Source of the DNA: Lingula anatina | Lineage: Eukaryota; Animalia; Brachiopoda | DNA: 64,000 nucleotides | Direction of reading: 5' to 3' | NCBI GenBank assembly: GCA_051362555.1 | Contig: CM120641.1 | Location: 41,856,401-41,920,400 of the forward strand | In this document: positions 51,499-63,927 of the stretch, one piece after another | Numbering within the stretch: position 1 is the stretch's first letter | How the letters are laid out: every line of letters begins with the position of its first letter | Program-made: the position numbers and the translations under genes | The notes under the pieces: model-generated | Seen by the model: only the letters and a program-made list of their open reading frames with translations | What the model was told of the DNA's origin: nothing | The model's database searches: none

Positions 51499-53956
51499 TT
51501 TATGAGTTTAAGCAATTTTTTTTGTGTGTAATTTTCACTGTACATCATTCTGGCATTTCCAAAGTTTAACTCTTATCAGCCTGACACCTTAGGGACTATT
51601 TCCAGACCCTATCACGCTAACTGTGGATCGATCTATCTCCATGGGAATTCTCGCTAAATTGCAATCAATGTAAGTGGCTTAGTTGTCTGTCACGCCTACT
51701 GAAACTGGCATGCCAGAATCCTAAGACTCTCAAACTGAAAGCAATTTAGCGAGAAACCCCTTGGAGTTGCATTGATCCTGTTAGATTGATCTAGGTATGG
51801 GAACTTAGTCTAATGCTTGATACACATTTTACTTTCATCCTAATCCAATGTTATGCAGAATAAGAATTTGATGTTGGCTATGCAGTTACAGTAAGCATAA
51901 TACATTAGTTCATCAGAATTGACAGTATCCTATTTCCTGCGTTTTTATTTTCTGGTTTTTGTCTGTACATTTGACAGCTTTGCTGCCTTGTTTTATTTCA
52001 ATTTCAATTTTTATATTTCTCCTTTTTAGTGGTTTGGAAACCTAGTCACCATGAAGTGGTGGAATGACCTGTGGCTGAATGAAGGATTTGCTACCTTTGT
52101 GGAGTATTTAGGATCAGACCATTACAATTCACGTTGGCACATGGTAATCCTTTGAGTCCAATTTCATAAAATTAATCCCTTACTGAATGTAGATAAATGG
52201 CTTCAACTATGGGATTAAGACATTTTGTCTATTTTAATCCATATTTAGTATATACAGGCCTGTAATTTCAAATGGGGTGGGAGGAATTCTTTTTCTGAAA
52301 ATGTGGACTTTTTTACATTCTTAGTTGATGCAACTTGATAAAAGGCTTGGAATCTAGTTCAAGTTTGGTTTAGAATGGACCTTTTCTAGCCATAAGGGTA
52401 GTTCTTTCAAACCCCCACAAACCCTCTTGTCTTACAGTTAATATAAGGCTTCGAATACATAAAATACTTGGATGTTCATCAATTTTTAACATACATTTTA
52501 ATGATCCCCCCCCCCTTTCTTTTTTTCAGTCCTTAGAAACAGCATACCATTTTCCTACAAGTCATGTGTAATGAAACACATTTCATGTTGCAATGTGTTG
52601 TATCATTCCAGTTTGATCAGTTTTTCTTAAAAGATGCCCGCATAGCTTTAGGGCGTGATGCGCTGAGCTCCTCTCATCCAATCTCAGCCAAGGTAACCAG
52701 CGCAGAGCAGACAGAAGAAATGTTTGACACTGTGACATACAGCAAGGTTTGATAATAATAATAACACTGTCATGACAGCTAGGAATTTTTATTTCAAAGG
52801 AAAAAAATTACAACTGGGATGAAAGACTGAATCAGATTTAATGTATTTGCAAACATATGATTTATTTCTAAGGAAAAAATTACATTGGGATGAAAGACTG
52901 AATCGGATTTATTGTATTTCCGTACATACGATTTGTGAAGATAATACAATTGTGACAGTTGAAATGCCTAAGAACATATTGTTAATACTGGAACAAGGCT
53001 GGTAAACCCTACTGTACTAGCATTGTCTGAAGCTCACATCTGCATGTTTAATTGTTTACTTTGTCACTGACAGTTACATAAAACCGTGTAAAGATTTTCG
53101 TTTAACTATGACACACATTTAAGCATATCAGAATGGTTTATTTGTCAATTGATATCTACAATGCTATATATATAAATGGAAGTCTTTTTAAATACGCATT
53201 TTATCAACAATGCCATGCATTGCTGGTGGTTGATATAATTACAGTGATAATTTCATTTCTAGGGAGCTTCAATAATTCGCATGCTGGACAGTTTTATTGG
53301 TAGAGATAGGTTGAGAAAAGGCCTCACTGCTTACCTGAAAAAGTATCAGTATGGGAATGCAGAAACCAGTGATTTGTGGCATGAACTGACAGAGGTTGGT
53401 ATGGAGAAGAGAGGGGGGGATGATAATTAAGCTATTGATCATAATAAGCTTGAATGTATACTGTGCATGTTAAAAAATTTCCCAAAGTCATATTATTTAT
53501 GTCTACAAATCCTTCAAAACTACTTATTTTCCCCTCAAGTTCAGACCTTGAAAAGTTAAACTATAAAACCCCTCAAATAAAAGTACCTGGAACCCATAAT
53601 TCCTTTTAAAATGTACAGGAAGACGTGGGTTTCTAAATGACTGGCCAGGCTACTTACAGTACAGGTGGATATTTTAAGAGCACGTGACAGAAATCAATTT
53701 CTTATGGAATTGTTTTATATCACCTGAATTTACATTATGGTTATAAATTAGTATTACCTCTCAAAGAGGTCATGTTTTTGTTGCTGTTTGTCTGTGGAAG
53801 ACATAACCCATAAAGTCATGGACAGATTTTGAGGTAATTTTCAAGAATTTTCACAAATGGGCCATTATTCATTAATTATTAATTTAGTAATGGTCAGTTA
53901 TTAGTTCATTATTTGTCTTAGCAGAGGTCATGCTCTCTGAGTGCTTCTCTAATTAC

Positions 53957-54000
<44 letters not shown>

Positions 54001-57000
54001 GGTAAGTCACCCTGTTGATGTGGAGGCTGTCATGAACACATGGACCAATCAGAAGGGTTATCCAGTTGTTCATGTGACCAGAAAAGGAAATCAGCTGATC
54101 TTGTCTCAGGAAAGGTTTCTGCTGTATCCAAAGGCCAAAGCAAAGAAAAAGGAAAGTCCATACAAGTGAGTTGGATCAAAAATGTATTGTTTTCTGATAT
54201 ACATTTTATGGTGAGAGTTCTTTTTAAATAAATTTAATATTCTGTATTATTGTTCTCTCATTTAATGCTAGATTTTTGTTATTTTGAGTACTGACTTCTA
54301 ATTCACTTAGTCATTATTCTCTATGAGTCATTGAGAAATCTTACTGTTAATTTGAAGCCAGGTTTTGATAAAAACATTTGTTTATTTTTGTAACTGGAGT
54401 TTTGTTTTTTAGCTACATTTGGCAAATTCCTATAACCATAAGTTTTCAAGGACAGATCAGTAAAAAACTGCTTACGAAGGAAGAGGACACTGGTTTGTGC
54501 TTTTGATTTCTTTATTGATTGATTTGTATTAGACCTGTATGTGACAGTCACAGTGGCAGTATTTACATGATGTGGTAAAAACTTTTAAAATTTAGTGAAC
54601 AAGTTTCTGAACCAGTCTCTTGAAGAGATATGATTATATGCCAGACATTTTGCTGAATGTGATCATACTGTATGTTAGGACTTTTTAGATATTAAGAAAT
54701 ATTTGTGTATTAAAATTATTATAGTGATAAAATTTAATAGAATTCCTTGCCTTGAATTTGTTTTTTGAATTTTTCATGGTTATTTCTCAGAAGTAATATG
54801 CCAAAAAGCGTTTGAAAATGAAATGTTTAATCCAGAATGTTGAGAATTAAGATATATTACTTGTCTTCCTCAGTTGTACTCCCTCTCCTGACCAGACCAG
54901 GGTGGTTGAAGTTGAATCATGAACAGACTGGGTTTTACAGAGTCAACTATGATGAGCAGGGCTGGTCACAGCTGACTAGAATATTATTGCAGAATTATAC
55001 AGTAAGATATATCACAGATGTGCTAGCTACTTAGACACTGACTTACTGGGAATATTATCTGAGGTAGCCTAAAACGATGCTGTCAGCATTGTGCGACATT
55101 AATTATCAGTCTTTGGCTTCAAGGGTAAAACCATGTGTGCTGGGAATATATAACCATGTGTGCCTAGAAAGCAATACAAATTGCACTGTCATGCAATAGA
55201 CTAAATTCAATCTATAGGATTTACAAGAAAAAAAAAACACAAAAATATATGTGGATTAGTTCTTATGCCCACTGTGGTCCCACACTCTCTAGTCTGCCAT
55301 TATTTCTAAGCTCACATCCATCTGAAGCCTGTGAAATTTTACCCTAAGCTGCTACACTTTGGGTTATCTCAGATAATCCTCACTGACACCTTCTGTTAAT
55401 AGTTATTACCAGTGAATAATAGAACAATGCAAAGAATTTGAACTCCTCTTAATCTGTTTTTTTTTTTTTTTTCATAATGATTTTGTCAAGAAACTGGATA
55501 AAGCTCTGTTTTCATTAGTTTTGCTATTTCTAGCTGATTATTTTACACAGCATTCAGCCTAGACCAAAACCAAGGAAGTTAACTAGAAAAGCTGCAAATG
55601 AAATTATAAAATTCAAGAATAATAAATAATTGAGATGCGATCCATGTATTTATAAAAACAGTACCTTAAGTATTTGTTTTTTCTTTTCAGGCTCTCCCCA
55701 CTGCTGATAGGGCAGGCTTGTTAGAGGATGCCTTTAATTTGGCAAGGTACTCAAATATTACATTATTTTCAAACATTTATGGGCCTTTCTTAAATTTTTG
55801 TGTCAGATTTATGTATAACATTTTGTTTTCTAGTAAAATATCAGTAAATGAATAATAATGTTTTGATTTGTAATCATATAATCAGTAGTCACTACTGATT
55901 AATCTTTATAATCATCAAATGTCTTATAGCTTCACTGAAACATCTAATTACAGTGTGAGTTTGCAACTTTAATTGTAAATGTCATGTGTATTTACAAAAG
56001 AATAACAGTTTCATCACAGTTTCATTTCATCATCAGGGAGTTGGTATTTTGTTAATTTATTTAATGTTTTCTGTTCAGAGCAAATCTGGTGAACATCACC
56101 ACTGCTCTTGAAATGACCCAGTATTTACGGGGTGAAAATGAGTTCGTGCCATGGGGAGTCACCCTGTCCAACATGCTCTATCTCTATGACATGCTCTGGG
56201 GAAATGAACAGGCTTTTAATCTGTACAAGGTCAGATTAATTTTATTCTTACTCTTCAATTCTCTGAAAGTTGAGTGATAAAAATATTTTTAGTGGTATTA
56301 TGTTAATTATGTTGCATGTAATATATGATTCCGATTTCTTTTTCATAGTATATTCTAAGTTGCTTTTAGAGGCCATGGATACTTCATTTTATTGGATATC
56401 AATGACATATATTCATAATATTATTTGAGTTCAGCCTAGTATTTACACCTCACCTGCAAATATTTCAATTCAGTATTTAACTTGATTATTAAATTTGATT
56501 TTAGAAGTATATGTTGTCACTGATGGACCCTCAAATAAAGAGACTTGGTTGGGAGAGACAGCCTAATGAAGGACATTTGGCAAAGTAAGACCATGTCTTT
56601 ATTATAATTAAACTACATGATGGACTCATATTTATTTGTATTGTGATTAACATTTTATGAATTATATGCTGAGAATTTCACAATGTACCAATGATTTGTA
56701 CATTATAAACTTAGTATGTGTTAGCTTGCAACCAACCTGGGCAAATATCTATTGAAAGCTGTCACTCTACCATATGTGAGGGCTCTTAGTGAGAAATGAA
56801 AACAGATGGTTTGTGAGAACTCTCTAAAGGGCATTTCAGATATTAACTGACGTTTGGCCAACTGCGGCTGACTCGCACATTTTTCAAGTTTGGCTAACAA
56901 AGAGAAGGGAGGGCAACAATGCTGTTACTTTGATATGTAATTCAGTACTATGACCACCAGTTCTTTTAATTAGCTTAATATAGACGTATAAACAGTGATG

Positions 57001-59279
57001 GTTGTATTTTTGGTAACGTTTGTTGCTCTGCTAATATCTTTTTGTAATTGTAGAATACTAGTGATTATGAAAAAGTGGCTTTTCATCTAGTATTTGGAAT
57101 TAGTTATGATAAAATGATTATGAAAATATGTTATTTGATATTTAAGTTTGATCAGAAGGTTAGCTTTGTAAACAAAATGAACAAAATTATATGCTATGAT
57201 TAAAACTGGTATTAGATATAATTATGATATATTTCAGTTTAATGCGCCTCAAGATTCTCAGCTTAGCTGTAGAACTTGGACATAATGAGACAGTCAGCAG
57301 AGCAATGAAAATGTTCAATGACTGGATGTTGAGAGATAAACCGTAAGTTGCATCTTTTTGTCTATTAGAGAGTTGCTTTGGATGTACATATTTTGAGAAT
57401 GACCATATATTTCCAAAATTAGGTCATTATACAAGCAAGCAGTGGCATAGCAGACAGTCTGTGTAAATGATTATGCCAAATGTTTGGTAGGCGAAAATGA
57501 AGTACAGTGGTTTAGCTCTAAGCCTAAGAACATTCTAAGAACATGCGTTTTAATACAGTTTTTAAATGGAATGTTTGAATTTGACAGTAGGAAATTATTT
57601 TCCTGCAAAGATGTTGATTTGTTTGTTATGAAGTGAACATATGCCTGTTGGCAGTAGACTTTAACACAAGATAATGGTTCCCAAATGTTTGTTAAATAAG
57701 TTTTAATACTGTTTTAAAGTCAACTGTATGTACATTTGCCAGTTTTCTGTCTACATGCATTTTATCAACATTTTGTGTATTATGCCATAGAGATTGATCT
57801 TATTATATGCTCTTTCATTTTCTAGAATACGGGCAGACTACAGGTCCATAGTGTACAAGGCGGGAGTTAGTAAAGGTGGAGAACGAGAATGGGACTTCTG
57901 CTGGAAAAAGTACCTTGCCGAGTCCAATGATGCTGAGAAGAAAAAACTTCTTATAGCTATGACCTTTACCAAGAATATTGATAAGCTTTCTAGGTATTGA
58001 TATGAGATTTAAGAACTTAAATGAAATTTGATATTTTCATCTAAAAATTTAATTACTGATTTTTATTTTGAATTATTTTCATGTGGTATATAATACTGGT
58101 GTAATTCTATGTTCATGGTCATTTTTTATCTCGGAGCTGATAAATTTAATTGGACATCAGCAAGAGTGCAATTTATTATTATATCAAGTAATGGTTTCTT
58201 ATTTTGCTAATTCAGGTGTGATTATTTCTAGCTAAAGATGAATTGAAAATGTTAATATTGAAGAAGAAAAATATTTTCAGGTATCTTCAGTATGCTTTGG
58301 ACCCAACAAAGATAAAGAAACAGAGTGCAATTCAAGTGTTAGCTGGAATGTCAAGAAATCATGCTGCCACTGCTCTTGTACTGGCTTATGTGAAACAGAA
58401 TTGGGATATCATATATGAGAGGTAGATATTATTCTGGTTTTTATGTGAATTGGAAGTATATTCAAAACTAGAAATATATACAGGCAAGTTTTATTTGTGG
58501 TTCAGACTCTTATTTTGTGAAAACATGCTTCAGTGCAAAATTATCCTTTTTCAGACACAGACATTTCAAACAAGAAAGGTCTTTTTGAATGGTTATCCTT
58601 TTTGTAAAAGTACAAAACCATACACAGTTTATGATGTTTTATTCATTTTTTATACAAAAATTAAAATACCTGTTTGTATCTTGAAATATGTATCTGCACA
58701 TGATGTTTGTATATTATACAGGTATGGTGAGGGCTCATTTTGCATATAATGTTATAATGTTTGTATATTATACAGGTATGGTGAGGGCTCATTTGAGATA
58801 GGTCGTTTAATAGAGAAAACAACCCAGACTCTCCACACTCAGAGGGACTATGTCCAGGTGGGTAGTACTCGGTTTTTACTGTAGGTTAGTCCCATCAATG
58901 ATTTCTGGTAAATACCTGCAAATTGTGTTAGAAACTAGAGATAAACTCCCAAGAGGATGGACCCCTGTCAAGGCAAAATGTAAATAAAAATAAAATAAAC
59001 TTAAGAAAATACTATGAGACCTGGATTCAATCTAATATTTGCGACTTTTTATTTCCCCTTGAAAAGCTGAAAATTTCATTAAAATTCTTCCATGTTAGTC
59101 ACTTCAATTTTTTTAAATATCTTTTACAGTTGAAAAACTTCTTTAAAGCTAATGCAGAGAAACTGGGGACTGGTGAAGTTGCATCAAAGCAAGCACTTGA
59201 AAGTATTCAAGCTAATATCTTCTGGATCAAGAACTGCCAGGATGCCACTGTTACCTGGCTGCAGAAGAAACTGAGTTGA
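36782..59279 (+). CDS. M1-family zinc aminopeptidase, type II membrane (ERAP/LNPEP/ENPEP/ANPEP-like), 19 exons, 955 aa
   Basis: Exons 36782-36821, 45653-46238, 46671-46950, 47240-47360, 47727-47881, 52030-52143, 52612-52746, 53263-53394, 54002-54165, 54413-54492, 54874-55001, 55691-55746, 56079-56229, 56505-56584, 57238-57342, 57826-57993, 58281-58421, 58776-58857, 59130-59279; all GT-AG, phases consistent, total 2868 nt. Motifs: TM anchor [81 protein letters not shown]. Confidence 0.96.
37482..37696. repeat. tandem duplication (112 + 103 bp) containing a 15-bp perfect hairpin
   Basis: Copies 37482-37593 and 37594-37696; copy 1 has CCAAGGAGTTACAAC-T-GTTGTAACTCCTTGG at 37510-37540; copy 2 is 9 bp shorter at the hairpin centre. 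Confidence 0.9.
41049..41295. mobile_element. MITE, PIF/Harbinger (Tourist-like), fold-back
   Basis: TIRs GGCTGTGTTCACATG / CATGTGAACGCAGCC extending ~100 bp inward; flanked by TTA...TTA 3-bp target duplication. Confidence 0.88.
43187..43223. repeat. (TATC)n microsatellite
   Basis: Direct reading. Confidence 0.93.
44381..44444 (+). CDS. candidate alternative first exon of the aminopeptidase ([22 protein letters not shown])
   Basis: accATGg Kozak, 64 nt, donor AAG|gtaatt in phase 1, matching exon 2 acceptor at 45653. Confidence 0.6.
48184..49130 (+). repeat. ~161-bp satellite-like tandem array, ~6 units
   Basis: Unit accgataacacgataagtggaaaa...aatacgcaggtcaagttcgaaaatcagcatgatcgggtca...cagcatatatgcagc recurs at ~161-bp spacing. 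Confidence 0.95.
49528..50027 (+). repeat. second block of the ~160-bp tandem array, ~3 units
   Basis: Same unit, slightly more diverged. Confidence 0.93.
51416..51498. repeat. (TA)n microsatellite
   Basis: Direct reading. Confidence 0.95.
51589..51813. mobile_element. degenerate fold-back MITE nested in the Helentron-type element
   Basis: Inverted arms ctccatgggaattctcgctaaattgc (51637-51662) / gcaatttagcgagaaaccccttggag (51741-51766) with weaker outward extension. Confidence 0.6.
53752..53953 (+). mobile_element. short degenerate DINE-1/Helentron-like element
   Basis: 5' tattacctc-tcaaa-gaggt hairpin, (tgtt/tgtc) tract, 3' gcagaggtcatgctctctgagtgcttct end; same layout as widespread HINE-type short elements. 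Confidence 0.55.
53952..54000. repeat. (ATT)n microsatellite abutting a splice acceptor
   Basis: Direct reading; ends in ...attattaG| at the exon 9 acceptor. Confidence 0.95.
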
Positions 59280-62200
59280 TTAAATTGGTTTGTCATAATA
59301 TTAATCAGCAGTAAATAGATAATCATTAATAAATAGATAATCAGATAATAAGGGGAGGATAACAAACATTTAATACTTGGCGGTTTTATTAGTGGCACCA
59401 GAATGTCCTAAAAGACTTATAATCATGTGCAATAAAATTATTAACAGAGGCAGTCTTTTAGGATAGAGGTAACTCCAAAATGCTGGTTCAGAATATTTTA
59501 TGGACTGTGTCACAGTGGCTTCACCAGGTAGTAACTGCTCACTAGGAGTTTTGTTAAATTTGAAAGAACAGGCAAAATTGGCAAAGGAGCCTGAAACAAC
59601 AGTCATTTGCTGAAAACAGTTTTTTTCTGAAACTGGCCTCATAAATGTTCTTTTATTGCTCACCCTACTGAATGGTTGTTTAAGGACGTTTGAGCAGCAC
59701 TTATCTAGTTGTTAATCGGTAAGAATTTTATCATTACTCTGTGATTTAAATGTTATTTGATAAGGGGCAGTGTAAAGTTGAGATTTGTTTATCTAATATA
59801 TGAGGATATATTTTGGATAGTTTTAATCAATGAACTATCCCATTAAACTTTGGAATATGGAGGTCAGGTAGGGTGTAGGGATTTTAACAGCAAAGGCCAT
59901 CATTTATTTATTTATTTTAAAAATTAACACTTCAACTGTAAAATAAGATTTCAAATGCTGAAATCATTCCACTGGTGAGTAATTTTTTTAACATTTTATT
60001 TTCTTATTGATATATTATTAAAAATGGATAGTCTTTTCTCTGAACGTTATAGATCTGCTACTGAAAGTTTCATATATATTTTTCATCATAAAACGTGCTA
60101 CTTTAAAATTGCAAAAATGTATTATCTTTATATAGAATCCATGCATGGCATTTATTTGATGGACTAAAAGTTGAATTCATAGCTGTTAAGAACATCTGTG
60201 TCATACTCTAAAAGTAAATATGAAAAAAAATGTTTGTATGTCTATGTCAAACTTTGTTAAACTGTGGATCTGATTGAGAGGACTTAACAAGCCAGTTTTG
60301 TAATACTGTTATAACTGTTCTCATTCCTGTTTTATAATTTGAGAACATTTTTATGCTGTTATAAGTTAGATGGTGCTGTGGCATTACACTCTTACAAAGG
60401 GTAATTAAAACTTATTTTCTCTTAAGGTATCTTGCATTATGAGCATGCATTTAATTGTAGTGCACAAATTTATATATTAAATGGTTATGTTTTGTTTATT
60501 TACTCATTTATTTATTATTTTTTTATCCAGCCAGTGAGGATGATATGTGAATATGCTGATCTGAATGAGAATGACTTATAAAAGACTGATACACAAATGT
60601 TAAAAGTATTTGTGTATTGAAAATACACATAAAGCATTCAGATAATTATACACAAATATAAATCACAAAGACGTAAAGACATTCCAAATTTCTAGAGCTG
60701 TGTTGTTAAGCAATGTGTTTCAGTCCTTGTGCCACATTTAATATACTTTTGTTTTACTACTAGTTCATTATCTAAATGATATGAAATAAAGATATAGGTG
60801 AAGTTAAAGGATGTGCATATAATATGTTGGTGGACTGTACTCTTATCAACAGAAATCCATGTTATACAATGTACTTGGATGTTTTTCTTAAAGTTCTCTT
60901 TCATCTAACTTTTGCTCTCATTTATGAAAATAGTGCATTATCTGATACAAAAGCATAGTTTGTGACTGATATTTTCCAGTCATTTACTGGTACAGTGTAT
61001 GAGTCGATGCTCATTCCAAAATATTTTATTTTGATTTTTGTTACTAACCCAGGGGAATTGTTCCTGTTATCAGAAAATCTAATAATGCAAACAAAAAACT
61101 TCAATTTCACTCAAAAGTTTACTTTGTTTTCAGTCATCTTATGAAATGTATTGAAAAGTGATAGACAGTAAGCAAGGTAATTAAAAAATTACTGCATAGT
61201 GATTTGTAATGTTGTATTTTGTTTATCTTATGGAAAATTAACAGTGATGGGTTGCACTGTAACCATGAAAAACAAGACGTGCAAAACAAGTTCTGCAAAT
61301 GTGAAAATTTGTTGTTTATTTGTACAGAACACAACAGCACCGAAAAGTGAAACACTGGTGCTTTCAATTTCTTGTGAAAAATTGTATTGTGAATATACAC
61401 ACAGTGTAATTTGTGAAAATGTTTATGATGTAGTAAAGTAAAACACTGCCATATTTTTGTCCAGCATCTGTGTCATACATATAACAATATGAATTAAAGA
61501 AACGTGTATACTACATTTATATACAGAACATGTACCTCTTGCTCTTAGATTATTTTGTATTCATTAATTAGAATATTTTTTCTGTAACCATAAATAATTG
61601 AAACAAGATTTTGGTTACTACTTACATGGTGTGGACATACATGCCATTGTATTACTGTTACAGTATGTAATGAATATACGCTGTTGAGGCTTAACAATTT
61701 ACTAATGAGTTGGTAATAGGACAAGGATTATAAACTACATTAATCTCTAAATTAATCCCTATTTTATGAATATGTGGTAAATCATCACTGAATAAGCAAA
61801 GCATGTCATATACACTAAATTGAGGAATGGATCAAATGTCTAAGTGTGGCATTATATTGTTCTTTTCAAATAAAATTATTATACAGAAGAATGAGGTTTT
61901 CACAGTGTTTGTATTTTTTACTAACATAAAATAATAAACTTTACAGTCACTTAGTTGCCAAAAATAGGAAATTGAAGCACAGAAGTGGTGAAAATGTGTA
62001 AGATGGCACCAGAGCTTTGAAGTAATGTATTATGGGTGCATTCATTATTGGATGTTACATAAGCCCCCCCCCCCTCCCTCCCCACATATAGATGTATTGG
62101 TGAATGTAGGGTTTTCAAAAGAAATACAGGACACTTAAACATTCATAGAGAATGCAGGACACTTGATCTTAATGCATTAATCAGGGCACTTGGCAAACAT

Positions 62201-63753
62201 ACAAGGGTAATCGCTGGACGTGCAATGTAGCACAAGATAGAATGTTTAGACAATATTCTGCTAGTAAAATTTTTGATCTAGTATAATAGCGTCTTGTCTT
62301 CTCAAACACAATCCAGCGACATTGAATTATTGGCTTTATTTATTCCATAGGTGAAATCTGATTGCTGAGCCAGATTACTTCAATTGTATGATTTATAATG
62401 AATTCGACGATTTCTTTAATCACCCTTGCTGATTGCTGCGTTTGCTTCTCAAGGTAGGTCAAAATTATCCTGTTCATTGCAATAAACTGACAACTCGCAA
62501 ATGTTGCTCTACTGTACTAACCATGACCATGAAACTTCAATTTCGATGTTTATGAAAGCCGACCACATTTAACAAGATGCTCAACTATTATCACACCACG
62601 CGGAAACGATATTTTTTTATCTTGCACACAATGACCATGGATACACTGGATGTAGGCTACATGTATACAGCACGTGCCCCTCCCTTCGGCAATATTCGGT
62701 CCCTTTCTAATTGTCGAATAAATGGCACTTTGTTTTGGCAAATTTAAAATTAAGCATGCAGAAAAAAAAACACTCGCACACACATACATGTGCAAAACAT
62801 GAAAAGAACAACACAGTTACAGCGTTTTACTCCCATAAAACTAGTAATCGAGGAAATTCGACTCATTATATTCTTCATTGTGTGTTATTAAGTCAAGTTG
62901 TTCGGAAAAAACAAAGAAGCAAGAAGCGTTGTAAGGTACCGCAGATAATCTTTATTCCGGTTATTTTCTTATGACGTGTACATGCTAGTATTGCATGGGT
63001 GCATTTTTAATCAGATACTCTAACATACGGTAGCAGGCTACTGCACAGTCATCATTCATTGTATCTACAAGTACTTTTTCCTGGTAGCCCTCTGATAAAG
63101 TTGATACAGAATTTTACGGTCGGTAAAATGGTTAAAACGATTGAACGTTTTTTCCGCCTTCTATATATCCACAAAAATGCTCAGAAAATGTTTCCCCAGT
63201 TTTTTAAACTGTTGTAGAATGTGAAGAAGTTTGCAGCGCTCACTAGCATGACGTCAGAGAAGTAACACAGCTTCTGAAAGTGATGCATAATTAAACAAGT
63301 ATTAGTAAATTGAAATATCAAACACCTACATATATATATACTGTATGTGTGATTTAAAATAAAATTAAAATTCAAATACCGTCGTTTGAAAAAAGTTTGT
63401 CAACATTTTGTCATGATTAAGAAAAAACTGACTGGCTGTCTGACTACACTCATTCTCATTATATGGGTCCATGTGACAATTGATTTTATTTTATTAAAAC
63501 AAAACGAGTAGGAGAATTGTTTTTCCAAGTGGAATTTTACTAACATCAGTCTAGCAACTTAAATCACTAAAAAAAGTATTACTACATTTTTCAGTTCTCA
63601 CACAAATATACATAAACGGACTAAATTTTAAACCGTCGTTAATTTCGGTATCCCCAATGCACCTATTTATTGAGAATAAGCGTTTGCATTAAAATGAAAA
63701 AACCTCAAATCATTAAAGTATTTGTCTATGTATACTTTACCTACATTTTGGTA

Positions 63754-63927
63754 TTATACTATCACTGGGGGTTCAGTAGTTTTGATGGAATCGGTACACG
63801 TCCACAGGCCATCTACAAGCTGGCACTGGCTTCTTACACCACATGGACTCTGTATTTCCTCTATTTGGTTCGGTTCCACACACATGTACCAATGAGTACA
63901 GTTACGAGAGGCCCATGTGTCCCCTAA
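63754..63927 (-). CDS. terminal exon of a cysteine-rich extracellular protein (TILa/VWC-like module as in zonadhesin/FCGBP); gene extends beyond right edge
   Basis: Acceptor tatctttcag|, phase-0 frame LGDTWASRNCTHWYMCVEPNQIEEIQSPCGVRSQCQLVDGLWTCTDSIKTTEPPVIV*; G..W...NCT..C...C....C...DG...C pattern. Other two frames stop early. Confidence 0.65.
   Translation of the reverse strand, partial: LGDTWASRNCTHWYMCVEPNQIEEIQSPCGVRSQCQLVDGLWTCTDSIKTTEPPVIV

Larger units (their letters stand above)
48092..51994 (+). mobile_element. non-autonomous Helentron/DINE-1-type element (HINE) in aminopeptidase intron 5
   Basis: Starts in TTTTT, 14-bp hairpin TATGTACAGACACA-GA-TGTGTCTGTACATA (48096-48125), (GTC/GCC)n microsatellite, central tandem repeats, 3' subterminal TGTCTGTACAT (51960-51970), short hairpin GACAGC-TTT-GCTGCC and TTGTTTT. 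Confidence 0.8.

Noticed and set aside
51369-51569. ORFs rich in IY, CV, I or HT runs here and at 15732, 21622, 36972, 41278
   Set aside because: Translations of microsatellites.
52798-52934. Two diverged ~72-bp tandem copies in intron 7
   Set aside because: Ordinary local duplication with no evident functional consequence.
62350-62453. Plus-strand segment bounded by good acceptor and donor sites
   Set aside because: No convincing coding frame or partner exons; may be a non-coding exon but unsupported.
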